Source: Desulfurococcales archaeon
GTDB taxonomy: Archaea; Thermoproteota; Thermoprotei_A; Sulfolobales; Desulfurococcaceae
NCBI GenBank assembly: GCA_027022365.1
Contig: JALVYU010000026.1
Location: 384,001 to 448,000, forward strand
Direction: 5' to 3'
Length of the DNA: 64,000 bases
The notes beneath the pieces were generated by a model. That model was not told the origin of the DNA and did not search any database. It saw nothing but the letters and a program-made list of their open reading frames with translations. This document shows, piece after piece, positions 62,174 through 64,000 of the stretch (positions within the stretch are counted from its first letter, which is position 1; every line of letters begins with the position of its first letter). A program made the position numbers and the translations under genes.

Positions 62174-62899
62174 TTAGAACAAACCGCTCCCATAGAGTTT
62201 TCTACGAACATGTGGATACTGTTTGGCTATCTTGTTAAGCGCCTCTTCGAAGCTCTCGTCTTTACCCAGATAATATTTTATGAAGACACCGGTTCTACCT
62301 ATCTTGTCTCTCCTACTAAGCACGTAAACACGTTCTAGCACAGTCTCGACACTTATACCTATTTTTTTGGCAACAACATTCTCATTACCTATGACAGGTG
62401 ATTCTCGATGCCCCCTATTAGTAGGCTCAATAAACACCAGTCTTTTATCTACGCCAGGGACTCTCTTGTTCTCGATAAGACCCTTAAGATCTAGGAGTCC
62501 GCCGAAAATATAGAACTCGTACTCTCTAGGGCTTAGTTTAGCTAATGGAAAGCTGATCATGATCCTGTCGTTGGGGTCTAGCGCAATATAAGCTTTAGGC
62601 GTGCTAGATGGGGTTGCTACCACTATGTATCTGTTCACAGGTTGTAGCCCCATAGATTCTATTGCTAATTCTACCTTGTAGCTAGGTAGAGTATATGGTA
62701 TGAATATATCAATGTCACTTTTGCTATGCACATCGCCCCTTGCAAGACTACCATGAACTATGGCGTTAATTCCATACCGGGCGAGGCCCCTAAGAATATC
62801 GATTGCTTCCCTTCTCAGCGTAGCTAGTATCTCCCACCGCTTGTCGTCGTAGATTACTTCGATATATTCTGGTGTTTTCTTTATTTTTGTTCGAGGCAA
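62174..62899 (-). CDS. Nucleotidyltransferase-domain protein (COG2413-like)
   Basis: HGSLARGDVHSKSDIDI, RVPGVDKRL, RRDKIGRTG. Confidence 0.85.
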   Translation of the reverse strand: MPRTKIKKTPEYIEVIYDDKRWEILATLRREAIDILRGLARYGINAIVHGSLARGDVHSKSDIDIFIPYTLPSYKVELAIESMGLQPVNRYIVVATPSSTPKAYIALDPNDRIMISFPLAKLSPREYEFYIFGGLLDLKGLIENKRVPGVDKRLVFIEPTNRGHRESPVIGNENVVAKKIGISVETVLERVYVLSRRDKIGRTGVFIKYYLGKDESFEEALNKIAKQYPHVRRKLYGSGLF

Positions 62900-62972
62900 T
62901 TCTTTTTCCCATCTATTAATTAATGTGCTTCCTGCTTAGTAGATTTGATAGGTAGGTATTTGGGTGCGTGGT

Positions 62973-64000
62973 ATGTATATTGGTAGTATCTATGACTTCG
63001 TGTTGTCTCTCATTAGTTTTTGGGCTTTATTGAATATTATCTATATTTCTAGGAAGGAATGGTTTGTTTCGAGAGGAATAAAACTATACTATGGGGTTGT
63101 GCTTATTTATAAGAAGCCATATGATGTTAAGCCATCACCCCTTATCAGTAAGGTATCATACGTGTCCATACCACTAGCATTGATCGGTATATACATGTTT
63201 TACTCAGCAATGATAATGTCACTAATCTCCAAACTGGGCGTGCTAAAGACAGGGGTTACGGTACAGCTATTGATACCGGGAATAAACATTACAGGGATTT
63301 TTCTCCTATACTTCGCAATCGCGGTTGTTATAGCGGCGGCAGCCCACGAGTTCGCCCACGCCTATGTCGCCAGAAGTCATAACATTCCCGTTAAGGGACT
63401 AGGATTTGCCATAATATTATTTGTACCGATAGCATTTACCGAGATAGACGAAGAAAGTTTTCCTAGGGCTTCGAAAAAAGCACGGATACTCACCTTGTCG
63501 GCGGGACCTGCAAGCAATATAGCATTGGCACTGTTCTTCATGGTTTTACTTATCCCTCTGGTCTCATCTTATGGTTACATTATAACTAATGTTGTAGAGA
63601 ACAGCCTCGCCGAACATATAGGATTGAAGCCTGGATACATTATCCTAAAAGTCAATGGGACCCAGGCAACACTCCAGGCTTTACACTCATATTTGGGTCT
63701 TAATAAAACAGTACGTCTTATATTGACAGTATATATTCCACAAAACAATAGTCTAGTTAACATATCATTCCTAAAACCAGCATCTACGCATCTACTTGGT
63801 GTGTATCTTCAAGCTTCTCCAGGCCTATGGCTTATCAAATCAGTGGGCATTAATATGGCTGAGTTCATAGTTGGGCTAGCACAATGGATATATTTGGTTA
63901 ACATGAGCTTGGGAATAATCAATATCGCGCCATTATTCATTACCGATGGAGGTAGAATAGTGTACGAGATAATAGGCAGCAAAACAGTTTCACACATTAT
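62973..64000 (+). CDS. Site-2 (M50) intramembrane metalloprotease with PDZ-like insert (runs off window)
   Basis: Not in the ORF track. Manual translation from ATG 62973 gives AAHEFAH (HExxH), AGPASN and NIAPLFITDGGR. Confidence 0.88.
   Translation, partial: MYIGSIYDFVLSLISFWALLNIIYISRKEWFVSRGIKLYYGVVLIYKKPYDVKPSPLISKVSYVSIPLALIGIYMFYSAMIMSLISKLGVLKTGVTVQLLIPGINITGIFLLYFAIAVVIAAAAHEFAHAYVARSHNIPVKGLGFAIILFVPIAFTEIDEESFPRASKKARILTLSAGPASNIALALFFMVLLIPLVSSYGYIITNVVENSLAEHIGLKPGYIILKVNGTQATLQALHSYLGLNKTVRLILTVYIPQNNSLVNISFLKPASTHLLGVYLQASPGLWLIKSVGINMAEFIVGLAQWIYLVNMSLGIINIAPLFITDGGRIVYEIIGSKTVSHI

Overview
A gene-dense core-genome segment of a hyperthermophilic crenarchaeon, most consistent with Desulfurococcales. 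Markers are rpo8, elf1, SmAP3, PolB3, a structural splicing-endonuclease subunit, an unlinked 5S rRNA and intron-containing tRNAs. It holds about 60 mostly housekeeping CDS (translation, tRNA processing, proteasome, thermosome, a 2-oxoacid:ferredoxin oxidoreductase operon, gluconeogenesis), 5 tRNAs (4 with BHB introns), RNase P RNA, 5S rRNA and several C/D and H/ACA guide-RNA candidates. No mobile elements or CRISPR arrays were seen. Most notable: (1) an identical 14-bp element AACAAATAGTTTCG (ANTTTC core) about 80 bp upstream of both a pilin-ATPase-TadC pilus operon and a TFB3-like gene, suggesting a DNA-damage-inducible pilus regulon outside Sulfolobales; (2) a probable -1 programmed frameshift (A AAT TTT TTC TAA) fusing a small ORF to a HerA/VirB4-like ATPase; (3) a candidate replication origin with ORB-like boxes and an AT-rich core but no adjacent orc1/cdc6, plus a dispersed TAAC-N6-GTTA motif; (4) an unannotated 30-aa Glu/Trp microprotein. 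All family calls come from motif recognition only; no database searches were run.
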